DNA from: Minisyncoccia bacterium
Lineage (GTDB): Bacteria > Patescibacteriota > Minisyncoccia > Phycocordibacterales > PALSA-1337
Direction of reading: 5' to 3'
NCBI GenBank assembly: GCA_049997795.1
Contig: JBEKVT010000001.1
Coordinates: forward strand, 312,241-376,240
Length of the DNA stretch: 64,000 nucleotides
Made by a program: the position numbers and the translations under genes. Of this stretch, positions 1-8,813 are shown one piece after another; position 1 is the first letter of the stretch; each line of letters starts with the position of its first letter. A model generated the notes under the pieces. The model was not told the DNA's origin and searched no databases. It saw only the letters and a program-made list of their open reading frames with translations.

Positions 1-1107
1 CTGAGCCAAGACCCTCAAGGCGCTATCGTATCGCGAGCTCAAGGCATCGCCTATTACGTCCACCGGATTGTCGAATGCCGCCATTATAGGCAGGGCCTTT
101 CTCAAGGCCTCTTTTGTCTTTTCGGCCAGTTCGATAAGCGAAAGGGAACGCGACAGATCAATCAGATCAGCGGCGATGACCGCCGGCCCGCCGGCATTTG
201 TAAGCACGATCAGCCGTTGGATTGGCCTTTTCAAGCCGAGCTGGAAGAGCTTGGCCATGTTGAAGAATTCACGCACCGATTCCACGGCGATAATACCCGC
301 CTGGCGGCAAGCAGCCGAGAAGACGGCGTCTTCCGGGGCCAAGGAACCGGTATGCGACATGACCGCCCTTAAGCCGCGAGGGCTGCGGCCGGCCTTTAGG
401 AGGACGATCGGCTTTTCCTCGGCGATCTTCTTGGCCAGCTCCATGAATCCAGGGCCGTCCGACAGCTTCTCGAGATACATTAGGATAGCCCGCGTTTCCG
501 GGTCATTTCCGAGATATTCTAGGAATTCTATCTCCGTGAGGTCGGCCTCGTTGCCGAGGCTCACGAATTTCGAGAAGCCGACGCCTTCGGAGATCGCTTG
601 GTCCAGGACGGCCGCGCCGAGAGCGCCCGATTGAGAGATGAAACCGATATCGCCCTTCAAGGGCTTGTCGGAGGCGAATGAAGCATTAAAATCCGCATGA
701 GAATCGATGGCGCCAAGGCAGTTCGGGCCAAGGAGGGAGATGCTGTGGCGTTTGGCGGCCTCCGCGACCTTATTCTCCAGTTCGGCTCCTATCAGGCCGA
801 TCTCCTTGAATCCGGCGGCTATCACGATGGCCGCGGGGATCTTCTTCGCGCCGCAGTCTTCGAGTATCGAGGGCACGACATCCGCCCGCACGGAGATGAC
901 GGCCAGGTCGATCGGCCCGGCGATGTCCTTGACCGAAGCGTAAGCCTTCAGGCCCAAGACCTCTTTCTCGGAGATGGTCACCGGATAGATGTCGCGCTTG
1001 GCGCCTTTCAGGAGATTGGATATCAGGGCGTAGCCGACCTTATTCTTGTCGTTCGAAGCGCCGATCACGGCGACGGACTTCGGATCGAAGAAATTTTGAA
1101 GGGTCAT
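1..1107 (-). CDS. acdA: Acetate/acyl-CoA ligase (ADP-forming), alpha/CoA-binding subunit; 3' end lies outside the window
   Basis: Absent from the ORF track because no stop falls in the window. Hand translation from ATG 1107 (ATGA overlap with the upstream stop) gives MTLQNFFDPKSVAVIGAS..., GPNCLG, FISQSGA, SLGNEAD, phospho-His motif SHTGSLA, TNAGG and NPVD. Confidence 0.93.
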   Translation of the reverse strand, partial: MTLQNFFDPKSVAVIGASNDKNKVGYALISNLLKGAKRDIYPVTISEKEVLGLKAYASVKDIAGPIDLAVISVRADVVPSILEDCGAKKIPAAIVIAAGFKEIGLIGAELENKVAEAAKRHSISLLGPNCLGAIDSHADFNASFASDKPLKGDIGFISQSGALGAAVLDQAISEGVGFSKFVSLGNEADLTEIEFLEYLGNDPETRAILMYLEKLSDGPGFMELAKKIAEEKPIVLLKAGRSPRGLRAVMSHTGSLAPEDAVFSAACRQAGIIAVESVREFFNMAKLFQLGLKRPIQRLIVLTNAGGPAVIAADLIDLSRSLSLIELAEKTKEALRKALPIMAAFDNPVDVIGDALSSRYDSALRVLAQ

Positions 1108-1883
1108 TTTAATAGCTGTTCCTCGAACGTCGGTTTCTCTACGCTGTAGAAGACGCCGAGAGGTATCTTCTCGCCTTCTTTCCTGGAAAGCTTGATCGCT
1201 TCGTCCGGATTCGTCGCAGGGCCGCCCTCGCGCCAGAAGACGCGTTCCTTGAAATAGTCGCGGGTGTCGAAGAAAGTGATGCACGGCTGGACGATCTCGG
1301 TGAAAGAGAAGCCCTTATGCGCCACGGCCGTCTCGATGATCTTCTTCGTTCCGGCGATGTCGCCGGCGTAGGTGCGGGCAGCGAAGGTGGCGCCGGCCGA
1401 AAGGAGCAGGGAGAACGGATCGAAAGGCTCCTCGATGCTGCCCCCGGGCGTCGATCTCCCTTTGAAGCCCTTGGGGCTGACCGCCGAAGCCTGGCCGGTG
1501 GTGAGAGCGAACACTTGGTTGTCGTGGATGAAGATCTTGATGTCGGAATTCCGTCTGGCGGCGTGGATCAGATGCTCCAGCCCTTCCGAATACGAATCGG
1601 CATCGCCGCTCATGCCGATGACCGTAAGCGCAGGGTTGGCGCACTTCACGCCGGTCATGGCGGGCACCAGGCGGCCGTGCAGGGCCGTGAAGCTGTTCAC
1701 GTTCAGGTAGTCGGAGATCTTGCCGTGGCAGCCGATGCCGGCGCAAGCCACGATATTCTCCAGTTTGATCTTGCCAGTGCCGACCATTTCCTCGATAGCT
1801 TGTCTGAATGCGACTAAGATAGCCGAGTTCGGGCAGCCGGGGCACCAAGTGATCTTTGCGGTTGTCGATAGGTTGAGAGGCAT
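1104..1883 (-). CDS. 2-oxoacid:ferredoxin oxidoreductase beta subunit (TPP-binding)
   Basis: WCPGC, GIGCHG, LHGR, TPP motif GDAD...DN, TTGQAS and QPC; adjacent to the alpha subunit. Confidence 0.95.
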   Translation of the reverse strand: MPLNLSTTAKITWCPGCPNSAILVAFRQAIEEMVGTGKIKLENIVACAGIGCHGKISDYLNVNSFTALHGRLVPAMTGVKCANPALTVIGMSGDADSYSEGLEHLIHAARRNSDIKIFIHDNQVFALTTGQASAVSPKGFKGRSTPGGSIEEPFDPFSLLLSAGATFAARTYAGDIAGTKKIIETAVAHKGFSFTEIVQPCITFFDTRDYFKERVFWREGGPATNPDEAIKLSRKEGEKIPLGVFYSVEKPTFEEQLLK

Positions 1884-3589
1884 TATAGTTTATCGTTAAT
1901 TTCTTCCGCCAAGGCGATCGGCTCGAACGGCCGAGAATCGTATTTCAGAATTTTGTCTGTGACGGCGATGCCGGTCTTTTCGCGGATCAAGGCCGCCAGC
2001 TGGCCGTTATGGTTGCATTCCACGTCGATCACTTTCTTCGCGCCGGACAATTCTTCGGCGACTCTCTTGGCGTCAAATGGTTCCAGCCAGACGATCTGCA
2101 CGAATTTGACGGGCTTCTTCAGATAGCGCGCGGCTTCCAGGACCGGTCCTTTGGTCGAACCCCAGAAGACGACTACATTTCCGCTTGAATGATCGCCGTG
2201 GACCTTCACAGTCTCGTGATGGTTCAACGACTTGTTCAACGTCTCTGACTTGGCGAAGCGCTTGCTCAACATGGCCTTGGTCGGCCCTGGCTCGTCGACG
2301 GTTATGCCCGCCTCGTCATGCTCGTAGCTTGTCACCTTGACGACCGTGTTCGGCGTACCGGGGAAAGCCATGGGCGAGATGCCGTCTTTGGTGATCTCGT
2401 AACGGCCATACTTCTCGCCGGCTTTCGCGCTGATGAGGCCCCGCTCTATCTTGATCCCTTCCGTCTTGATGAGGCTGGTGGCCGAATGTTCGGAGATGAC
2501 CTTGTCTAGGAGGACGATCACGGGGATCTGATATCTCCAGGCTAGATTCAAGGCTTCTACGCCGGCGCGAAAGGCCTCTTCGGAGTCGCCCGGGGCCATG
2601 ACTATCCTCGGGAATTCGCCGTGACCCGCGTGGATGACGAATCTCATATCCGTCTGGCTCGAATATGTGGGAAGGCCGGTGGCTGGCGCCTGCCTTTGGG
2701 AGACCGCGACGACCAGCGGCAATTCGGCCATGCCGGCGCAACTGAAAGCTTCTTGCATCAGGGCAAATCCGCCGCTTGCCGTGCCTATGGCCACGCGCTT
2801 GCCGGCGTACGACATGCCGAGGGCCATGTTGATGACCGAGAGCTCGCTTTCCGGCTGGATCACCCGCAAGCCGGTTTCTTTCTGTCTGTCGGCAAAGAAA
2901 GTCAGGATAGAAGTGGCCGGCGTCATCGGATAAGCCACGTAAAAATCCAGGCCGGCGGCCATAAGGCCCTTGGCAAAAGCGGTGTTGCCGTCTATAAGCT
3001 GCTTTTTTTCCGGGGCTGGATGGATCTTCTTGGTATGCCGGAAACCCGTCCCTTTCATGCGTTGATAGCCGATGTCAGCCAACTTGATGTTGAGTTCCGG
3101 ATTCTTATCCTTGAAGACGCGGCCTAAGAGGCTCTGCATCGAATCGAAAGGCAGATCCAGGAGGTAGCAGACGGCGCCCAGAGCCATCGAGTTGCGGGTG
3201 ATGGCCGGCGCGTTCATTTCCTTGACCGTGGCGGCTATGGGCATGGTCACGGCATTGCCTTTAAGGACTTCAATGTCTTGCGGTTCGAAACTGTCGGCAA
3301 AAACGACCGAATCGTGCGCCAGCTCATGCCGATGGAGCGTTATAGTCTCCTCATTCAGGGCGATAAGGACGTCCAGAGCCTCATGGTCGCACCACATCTT
3401 CTCCTTGCTGAACGACAGCCGGGCGAAATTATGCCCGCCGCGGATCAAGGACGGGTAGTCGAAAGACAGGAAGACCTCATAGCCGAGGTCGGCCAGGATC
3501 GTGCCCATCGTCGCGCCCGATTCGCGGATGCCGTCGCCGGCCGCTCCGCCGATGCCGATGGTGAAGACACTTTCGTGGGACTTTCTCAC
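1883..3589 (-). CDS. 2-oxoacid:ferredoxin oxidoreductase alpha subunit (gamma-alpha fusion)
   Basis: GGAAGDG, SLIRGGHN, YPMTPA, QPESE, TASGGF, TGLPT and GHGEFP motifs; GTG start. Confidence 0.95.
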   Translation of the reverse strand: MRKSHESVFTIGIGGAAGDGIRESGATMGTILADLGYEVFLSFDYPSLIRGGHNFARLSFSKEKMWCDHEALDVLIALNEETITLHRHELAHDSVVFADSFEPQDIEVLKGNAVTMPIAATVKEMNAPAITRNSMALGAVCYLLDLPFDSMQSLLGRVFKDKNPELNIKLADIGYQRMKGTGFRHTKKIHPAPEKKQLIDGNTAFAKGLMAAGLDFYVAYPMTPATSILTFFADRQKETGLRVIQPESELSVINMALGMSYAGKRVAIGTASGGFALMQEAFSCAGMAELPLVVAVSQRQAPATGLPTYSSQTDMRFVIHAGHGEFPRIVMAPGDSEEAFRAGVEALNLAWRYQIPVIVLLDKVISEHSATSLIKTEGIKIERGLISAKAGEKYGRYEITKDGISPMAFPGTPNTVVKVTSYEHDEAGITVDEPGPTKAMLSKRFAKSETLNKSLNHHETVKVHGDHSSGNVVVFWGSTKGPVLEAARYLKKPVKFVQIVWLEPFDAKRVAEELSGAKKVIDVECNHNGQLAALIREKTGIAVTDKILKYDSRPFEPIALAEEINDKL

Positions 3590-3595
3590 GGCGAA

Positions 3596-3619
3596 ATTAT
3601 ATCACGATAATGGTATAAT
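3596..3619. promoter_or_regulatory. Back-to-back extended -10 promoters for the oxidoreductase operon (-) and hydrogenase (+)
   Basis: Minus strand TGaTATAAT (3604-3596) lies 6 nt before GTG 3589. Plus strand TGgTATAAT (3611-3619) lies 9 nt before ATG 3629. Confidence 0.75.
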
Positions 3620-3628
3620 CACTTCCAC

Positions 3629-4111
3629 ATGGCATCGTCCCCGAAGATAAAGATCGGCTGGTTCTCGTTCTCATGCTGCGAGGACAACACCATCGTCATG
3701 ACCGAGGTCATGAATGACCATTGGCAGGAGTGGAAGGAGCTCTTCGACTTCCGCCATGCCCGGGTCTTGAAGACGGATAACGTCATGGACGATTTCGACA
3801 TCGCCTTCATAGAGGGCGCCTTGGCATCGCCGGAGCATGTCGCCAAAATCAAGGATATACGCGGCCGCTCGAAGAAGCTGGTGGCTGTCGGGTCCTGCGC
3901 TGTGATTGGCTTGCCTGCCGGCCAGCGCAACACATTCACGCTGGAGCAGAAAGCCAGCATCGATTATCTGGTCGCGCGTTTCGGCGCCCTGCCGGAAGTC
4001 AAAAAAGTCTCGGACGTCGTCAAGGTGGACGTCGAGATCCCCGGTTGTCCGATGGACCCGAAGGTCTTTCTGGAGAAAGTGAACGGATTAGTCGCGGAAC
4101 TAAGGAGTTAG
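3629..4111 (+). CDS. [NiFe]-hydrogenase small subunit, group 3-like, proximal-cluster domain only
   Basis: FSFSCCED, IAFIEG, VAVGSCA and IPGCP motifs. Only 160 aa, with no C-terminal FeS domain. Confidence 0.9.
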   Translation: MASSPKIKIGWFSFSCCEDNTIVMTEVMNDHWQEWKELFDFRHARVLKTDNVMDDFDIAFIEGALASPEHVAKIKDIRGRSKKLVAVGSCAVIGLPAGQRNTFTLEQKASIDYLVARFGALPEVKKVSDVVKVDVEIPGCPMDPKVFLEKVNGLVAELRS

Positions 4112-4142
4112 TTGCCATCGATCGATAATCATTGACACCACC

Positions 4143-5438
4143 ATGCACCGCATAGATCTGAGACTGGACCACATAACGAAAGTCGAAGGCGACGCCTCGA
4201 TGGACGTCGTCGTGGAGGACGGCAAGGTCACCGACGTCAGGTTCGCCATCGTTGAGTACAAGCGCTTCTTCACCACCGCCATGAAGGGAAAATCGATCGC
4301 CGCCATCCCTCAGCATCTGGCCCGGATCTGCGGCACGTGCTCGAACGCCCATGTCATGGCCGCGATCACCGCTTGCGAGGACGCCCTCGGCATAGAACCC
4401 ACGCCGCAAACTAAGCTCCTCCGCAGGCTCGTCATGCACAGCCTGATGATACGCGACCACGCCCTGCATCTCTATCTCTTCGTCATGCCGGATCTCTTCG
4501 GCAAAGACGCCTTCCTGGACTTCGACGAGAATAATCCGGAGCAGCACCAGCTTCTCCATGACGGCTTCGATATCAAATCGGCCGGCAATCATCTGGCAGA
4601 GCTCGTGGCCGGCCGGAGCGTCCACGCCAACTTCCCGGTCATAGGCGGATTCTTGAAATTCCCATCTGCCGAAGGCGCGGCCGAATCGGTCCAGGAATTG
4701 AAAGCCGCCAGGCCGGCCGTCTTGCGCTTGATAGAAATCTTCAGAAAGGCGCCGTTCCACTTCGACAGAAAGACGAAATACATGGCCCTTGTCCAGAACG
4801 ACACATTCGGATATCTGGGCGACAAGATCGTGACCAGCCGTGGAGAAACTTACGAACGCAAGGATTTCCGCTCGCATCTCGAGCATGTGGCTCTGCCGTA
4901 TTCGCAGGCTTCGGCTTACACCTACAAAGGCGAAAGCTATATGGTCGGCGCTTTAGCGAGATTGAATCTTGCCAAGGATAAATTACATCCTGGTACGAAA
5001 AAATCAGCCGCCGAGACACTGAAGCTATTTCCATCCACGGACATTTTCCATAACAATCTGGCGCAAGCCATCGAGATCCTCCACTCCATAGACGAATCGA
5101 TCGACATCCTCTCTAAGAACTCATTCAAGCCGGAACCTGTAGTAAAAGTCCCGATGCGCGCGGGGACCGGTGTCGGCGTCATCGAAGCGCCGCGCGGCAC
5201 GCTCTATCATAAGGTCGTCATCGACAAAGACGGCATCGTAGAGAATGGGGAAGTCATCGTGCCGACCGGCCAGAATCAGGTCAACATCGAGCGCGACGTC
5301 GGCACTTTAGTCGAAGAGCTTTTGCCAGATGCCCCGAAGGAGAAGATCAATTTCGAGATAGAGAAGCTCATCCGCGCCTACGACCCCTGCATGAGCTGCG
5401 GGGCGCACTTCCTCAAGGTCAAGTGGCAAGAAAGGTGA
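4143..5438 (+). CDS. [NiFe]-hydrogenase large subunit, group 3b-like
   Basis: TKVEG, L1 RICGTCSNAH, EAPRGTL, VPT and L2 DPCMSCGAH followed by a short cleavable tail. Confidence 0.95.
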   Translation: MHRIDLRLDHITKVEGDASMDVVVEDGKVTDVRFAIVEYKRFFTTAMKGKSIAAIPQHLARICGTCSNAHVMAAITACEDALGIEPTPQTKLLRRLVMHSLMIRDHALHLYLFVMPDLFGKDAFLDFDENNPEQHQLLHDGFDIKSAGNHLAELVAGRSVHANFPVIGGFLKFPSAEGAAESVQELKAARPAVLRLIEIFRKAPFHFDRKTKYMALVQNDTFGYLGDKIVTSRGETYERKDFRSHLEHVALPYSQASAYTYKGESYMVGALARLNLAKDKLHPGTKKSAAETLKLFPSTDIFHNNLAQAIEILHSIDESIDILSKNSFKPEPVVKVPMRAGTGVGVIEAPRGTLYHKVVIDKDGIVENGEVIVPTGQNQVNIERDVGTLVEELLPDAPKEKINFEIEKLIRAYDPCMSCGAHFLKVKWQER

Positions 5439-5508
5439 TTGCAAATCAGCGGACTTCGGCTATACTGCCGGAAACGTTCGTTGAACAATTTTTCGAAAGG
5501 AGTGTCCG

Positions 5509-5970
5509 ATGAATCATGAAAACCTGACCGGTCCGCAGCTGTTCCTGCGGTTCGCTTGGCCGTGTGCTAGCTACAGACTGATGATGGGGAAGATCACACA
5601 AGCGCAATATGATGAGCTGGAAAAGCTGGTCAAATCCGAGACCGAGCCGGATATCGCATTGCTGATGGCTTGTTTTCCGAACGCCGTGGCTGATCTGCGC
5701 GAGTACGCCATCAATGAACGCCGGCTCCATGATCTGTGGTCTCTGACTACCGTTCTCGGATATTGGCGAGTCCATAAAGGCATGGAGGCGGGATGCGAGA
5801 CGGTCAAATGCACGGTCTCCAGATGTCCGCAGAACGGTCTCGATGTGACGGCGAGCTCCGGCGGTGAGAGCTTCAGGGCCTTGAACCCATACAAGCTGCG
5901 GTTATATCAAGACGACAAGGTGCTGGTGCATCAGCGCTGCGTCATCATAAAAGACATGTCGCCGGTGTGA
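5509..5970 (+). CDS. Hydrogenase-associated hypothetical protein (distant DUF6390-like; HypC-like C-terminus)
   Basis: SD GAAAGGAG before the ATG. FLRFAWP, FPNAV..L...VLGYW and C-terminal DKVLVH resemble DUF6390/HypC patterns (recalled, not searched). Confidence 0.55.
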   Translation: MNHENLTGPQLFLRFAWPCASYRLMMGKITQAQYDELEKLVKSETEPDIALLMACFPNAVADLREYAINERRLHDLWSLTTVLGYWRVHKGMEAGCETVKCTVSRCPQNGLDVTASSGGESFRALNPYKLRLYQDDKVLVHQRCVIIKDMSPV

Positions 5971-5991
5971 CCGAGCTTTCGGCCGATGTCG

Positions 5992-6381
5992 TTATGAGCG
6001 ATCCGCGAGGATCGCTTTTTTTATCGCTTCTATCGCCGACCGTTCGCTGAGATCCGGTGGTATGCCGATGACCGTCACTCTTTTGATCTTCTCGAGCTTC
6101 TGCAGGTACCGTAAGTTCGCCAAGGCGTCGAAATCATGCAAGGAAAAGCGCGGCGCGGCGGTAAATGATCCTAAATCGTCGAAAACGACGGCCTCCTTCG
6201 GACCGATCACGGTATCGATAACGGTCAATTCCTCCGGCGAGTCCCATTCTTCGTTCGGGTCTTTTGCCTCGAATGCGACGCCGGGAAGCGCCCGGCGAAG
6301 CTCCGGGAGGATCTTCAAGGGCAGCGAATCCTTGTCCAACACCTCGTTCCCGAAGACGAAGACTCTTTTCGTTTCCTTCAT
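5992..6381 (-). CDS. Hydrogenase maturation protease-like protein (HybD/HycI family, short)
   Basis: VFGNEVLDKD matches GNxLxxDD; IDTV, SLHD and IGIPP also present; next to the large subunit. Confidence 0.75.
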   Translation of the reverse strand: MKETKRVFVFGNEVLDKDSLPLKILPELRRALPGVAFEAKDPNEEWDSPEELTVIDTVIGPKEAVVFDDLGSFTAAPRFSLHDFDALANLRYLQKLEKIKRVTVIGIPPDLSERSAIEAIKKAILADRS

Positions 6382-8777
6382 TTTTCCAACCTCTTCTCCT
6401 CCTCCGCCACGGCGATGGTCGTCTTGATGACGGTGTCCGGATTCAGGGACATGCTCTCGATGCCGGCTTCGACCAGGAAACGGGCGAATTCGGGGTGGTC
6501 GGACGGCGCCTGGCCGCAGATGCCGATGTATTTCGATTTGGCGCGGCAGATGCCGATGATCTCCTTGACCATCTTCATGACCGCCGGATTCAATTCGTTC
6601 CCCACATGGCTCACTATGCCTGAGTCGCGGTCGAGACCGAGGACGAGCTGTGTCAGGTCGTTCGAGCCGATGGACATGCCGTCGAAGACGGACAGGAATT
6701 CATCGGCCAGCAGGACGTTCGACGGGATCTCGCACATGACGTAGGTGGTGCAGTCGAGGCCGCAGGACTTCATGATGTCGCGGGTCTTCCGGCCTTCCTC
6801 CGGCGTGCGGCAGAAGGGGACCATCGGGATGACGTTCCCGAGGCCCATCTCGTCCCTGACCTTCTTCATGGCCCGGCACTCGAGCTTGAAAGCTTCGGCG
6901 AACTTCGGGTCGTAATAGCGGGAAGCGCCGCGCCAGCCTATCATCGGGTTCTCTTCTTCCGGCTCATAGGCCTCGCCGCCCAGGAGCGTCCGGTATTCGT
7001 TGGTCTTGAAGTCGGAGAAGCGCACGATGACGGGATTCGGGTGGAAGGCCGCGCCGATCTTCGCTATGCCATAGGCCAGGTTATCCACGTAGAATTGCGC
7101 GCGGTCGGTCCAGCCGGCCGTCTTCTTGTCGATCTTCTTCTTGATGGACGCTGCGAGCTTGCCGTAATCCAGAAGAGCCATGGGATGGATGCCGATCGAG
7201 CCGGCGATGATGAATTCCTCGCGGGCCAGGCCGACGCCGGAATTCGGCAGGAAAGACTTCTCCCAGGCCATGTCCGGCGTAGCGATATTGACCATGATAT
7301 GGGTCTTCGGCTTCGGGATGGTCGTGACGTCGTGCTCTATGACCTCGAATCCGAGCTTGCCGTCATAGACCATGCCTTCGGCGCCGCTCGTGTCCACGGT
7401 CACGATCTGTCCGGTCTTCAATTTCTTGGTGGCATTCTCGCAGCCGACAACGGCCGGGATGCCGAGCTCGCGGCTGACGATCGCGGCATGAGAAGTGCGG
7501 CCGCCTTTGTCCGTCACGATGGCCGAGGCGATCTTCATGATCGGCTCCCAGTCAGGATCGGTCATGTCGGTGACCAGGACTTCGCCGGCCTTGAATTCGT
7601 GCATATTCTTGGCGTCCAGGATGACCCGGGCGGTGCCGACGGCGATCTTCGAGCCGACGGAGGCGCCTTTGGTGAGGAGCTCGCCCTTCCCTTTGAGCTG
7701 GTATTCCTTGAGCTTGTTGTAATCGCGTCCGGCATGGATGGTCTCCGGCCTGGCCTGGACGATGTAGAGTTCGCCGGAGACGCCGTCCTTGGCCCATTCC
7801 ATGTCCATAGGCGTCCACTTGCCGCCGTTCTTCTCGGTGTAATGTTCCTCGATGATGAGGCCCCATTTGGCCAAGGCACGAGCTTCGTCATCGGAAAGGA
7901 TGAACGAGTCTCTCTCTTTAGCCGTGGCAGGGATGATCTTGGTGGCCTTGAGGCCGGTAGAGACGCCATAGATCATCTTGCGGTTCTTGACGCCTAGCTT
8001 CTTCGACAGAAGCGAGCTCGGGGCGGTGTTCAAGGTCTTCTTGAAGACGATGAATTCGTCCGGCGTGACCTCGCCCTGGACGATCATCTCGCCTAAGCCC
8101 CAGGAGCCGTTGATGACCACGATATCTTTGAAGCCCGATTCGGTGTCGAGGGTGAACATCACGCCGGAGCAGCCCTTGTCCGAACGGACCATCTTCTCCA
8201 CGCCGACCGACAGGGCCACGGCGAGATGGTCGAAGCCCTTGTCATGGCGGTATGAGATGGCGCGGTCGTTGAAGAGGGAAGCCATGGCCCATTTGACGGC
8301 CAGGACGACGTGCTCTTTGCCGCGCACGCCGAGATAGGTCTCGTGCTCGCCGGCGAAGCTGGCCCCCGGCAAGTCTTCGGCCGTGGCGCTCGAACGGCAA
8401 GCCACGTCGCATTTGGCGCCGTATTTTTTCTCCATATTCTCATAGCCAGCAAAGATCTCTTTTTGCAGATCAGCCGGCATCTCGGCTTTTTCGATAGCTT
8501 TCCTGACGATCTCGCCGCGCTTGGCCAAATCGTCGAGATCCTTGGTATTCAAACCCTCGAGCGTTTTTGCGATGAATTTATCCAAGCCGGTCTGCTTCAG
8601 AAAGTGGCGATAGGCGGTAGCGGTCACGATGAAGCCGGAAGGCACGCGGACTCCCTTGGGCGTGAGAGCGGCGATCATCTCGCCGAGCGACGCATTCTTG
8701 CCGCCGACTTCGCCGACGTCCTTGATGCCGACTTCTTCCATCTTCACGGTCAATCTCTTGGCTTGGTCAGTGCTCAT
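6378..8777 (-). CDS. ppsA: Phosphoenolpyruvate synthase
   Basis: VGGKNASLGEM, RSSATAEDLPGASFAG, phospho-His GGRTSHAAIVSRE, SIGSNDLTQ and ICGQAPSD. Confidence 0.97.
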   Translation of the reverse strand: MSTDQAKRLTVKMEEVGIKDVGEVGGKNASLGEMIAALTPKGVRVPSGFIVTATAYRHFLKQTGLDKFIAKTLEGLNTKDLDDLAKRGEIVRKAIEKAEMPADLQKEIFAGYENMEKKYGAKCDVACRSSATAEDLPGASFAGEHETYLGVRGKEHVVLAVKWAMASLFNDRAISYRHDKGFDHLAVALSVGVEKMVRSDKGCSGVMFTLDTESGFKDIVVINGSWGLGEMIVQGEVTPDEFIVFKKTLNTAPSSLLSKKLGVKNRKMIYGVSTGLKATKIIPATAKERDSFILSDDEARALAKWGLIIEEHYTEKNGGKWTPMDMEWAKDGVSGELYIVQARPETIHAGRDYNKLKEYQLKGKGELLTKGASVGSKIAVGTARVILDAKNMHEFKAGEVLVTDMTDPDWEPIMKIASAIVTDKGGRTSHAAIVSRELGIPAVVGCENATKKLKTGQIVTVDTSGAEGMVYDGKLGFEVIEHDVTTIPKPKTHIMVNIATPDMAWEKSFLPNSGVGLAREEFIIAGSIGIHPMALLDYGKLAASIKKKIDKKTAGWTDRAQFYVDNLAYGIAKIGAAFHPNPVIVRFSDFKTNEYRTLLGGEAYEPEEENPMIGWRGASRYYDPKFAEAFKLECRAMKKVRDEMGLGNVIPMVPFCRTPEEGRKTRDIMKSCGLDCTTYVMCEIPSNVLLADEFLSVFDGMSIGSNDLTQLVLGLDRDSGIVSHVGNELNPAVMKMVKEIIGICRAKSKYIGICGQAPSDHPEFARFLVEAGIESMSLNPDTVIKTTIAVAEEEKRLEK

Positions 8778-8813
8778 TATGTTTTGTTTTTAATGCGAGT
8801 AATCGATTAAGGT

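Noticed and set aside
4143-5438. Selenocysteine hydrogenase or TGA recoding (code 25)
   Set aside because: All four ligands are Cys codons, and TGA ends genes at the expected family lengths.
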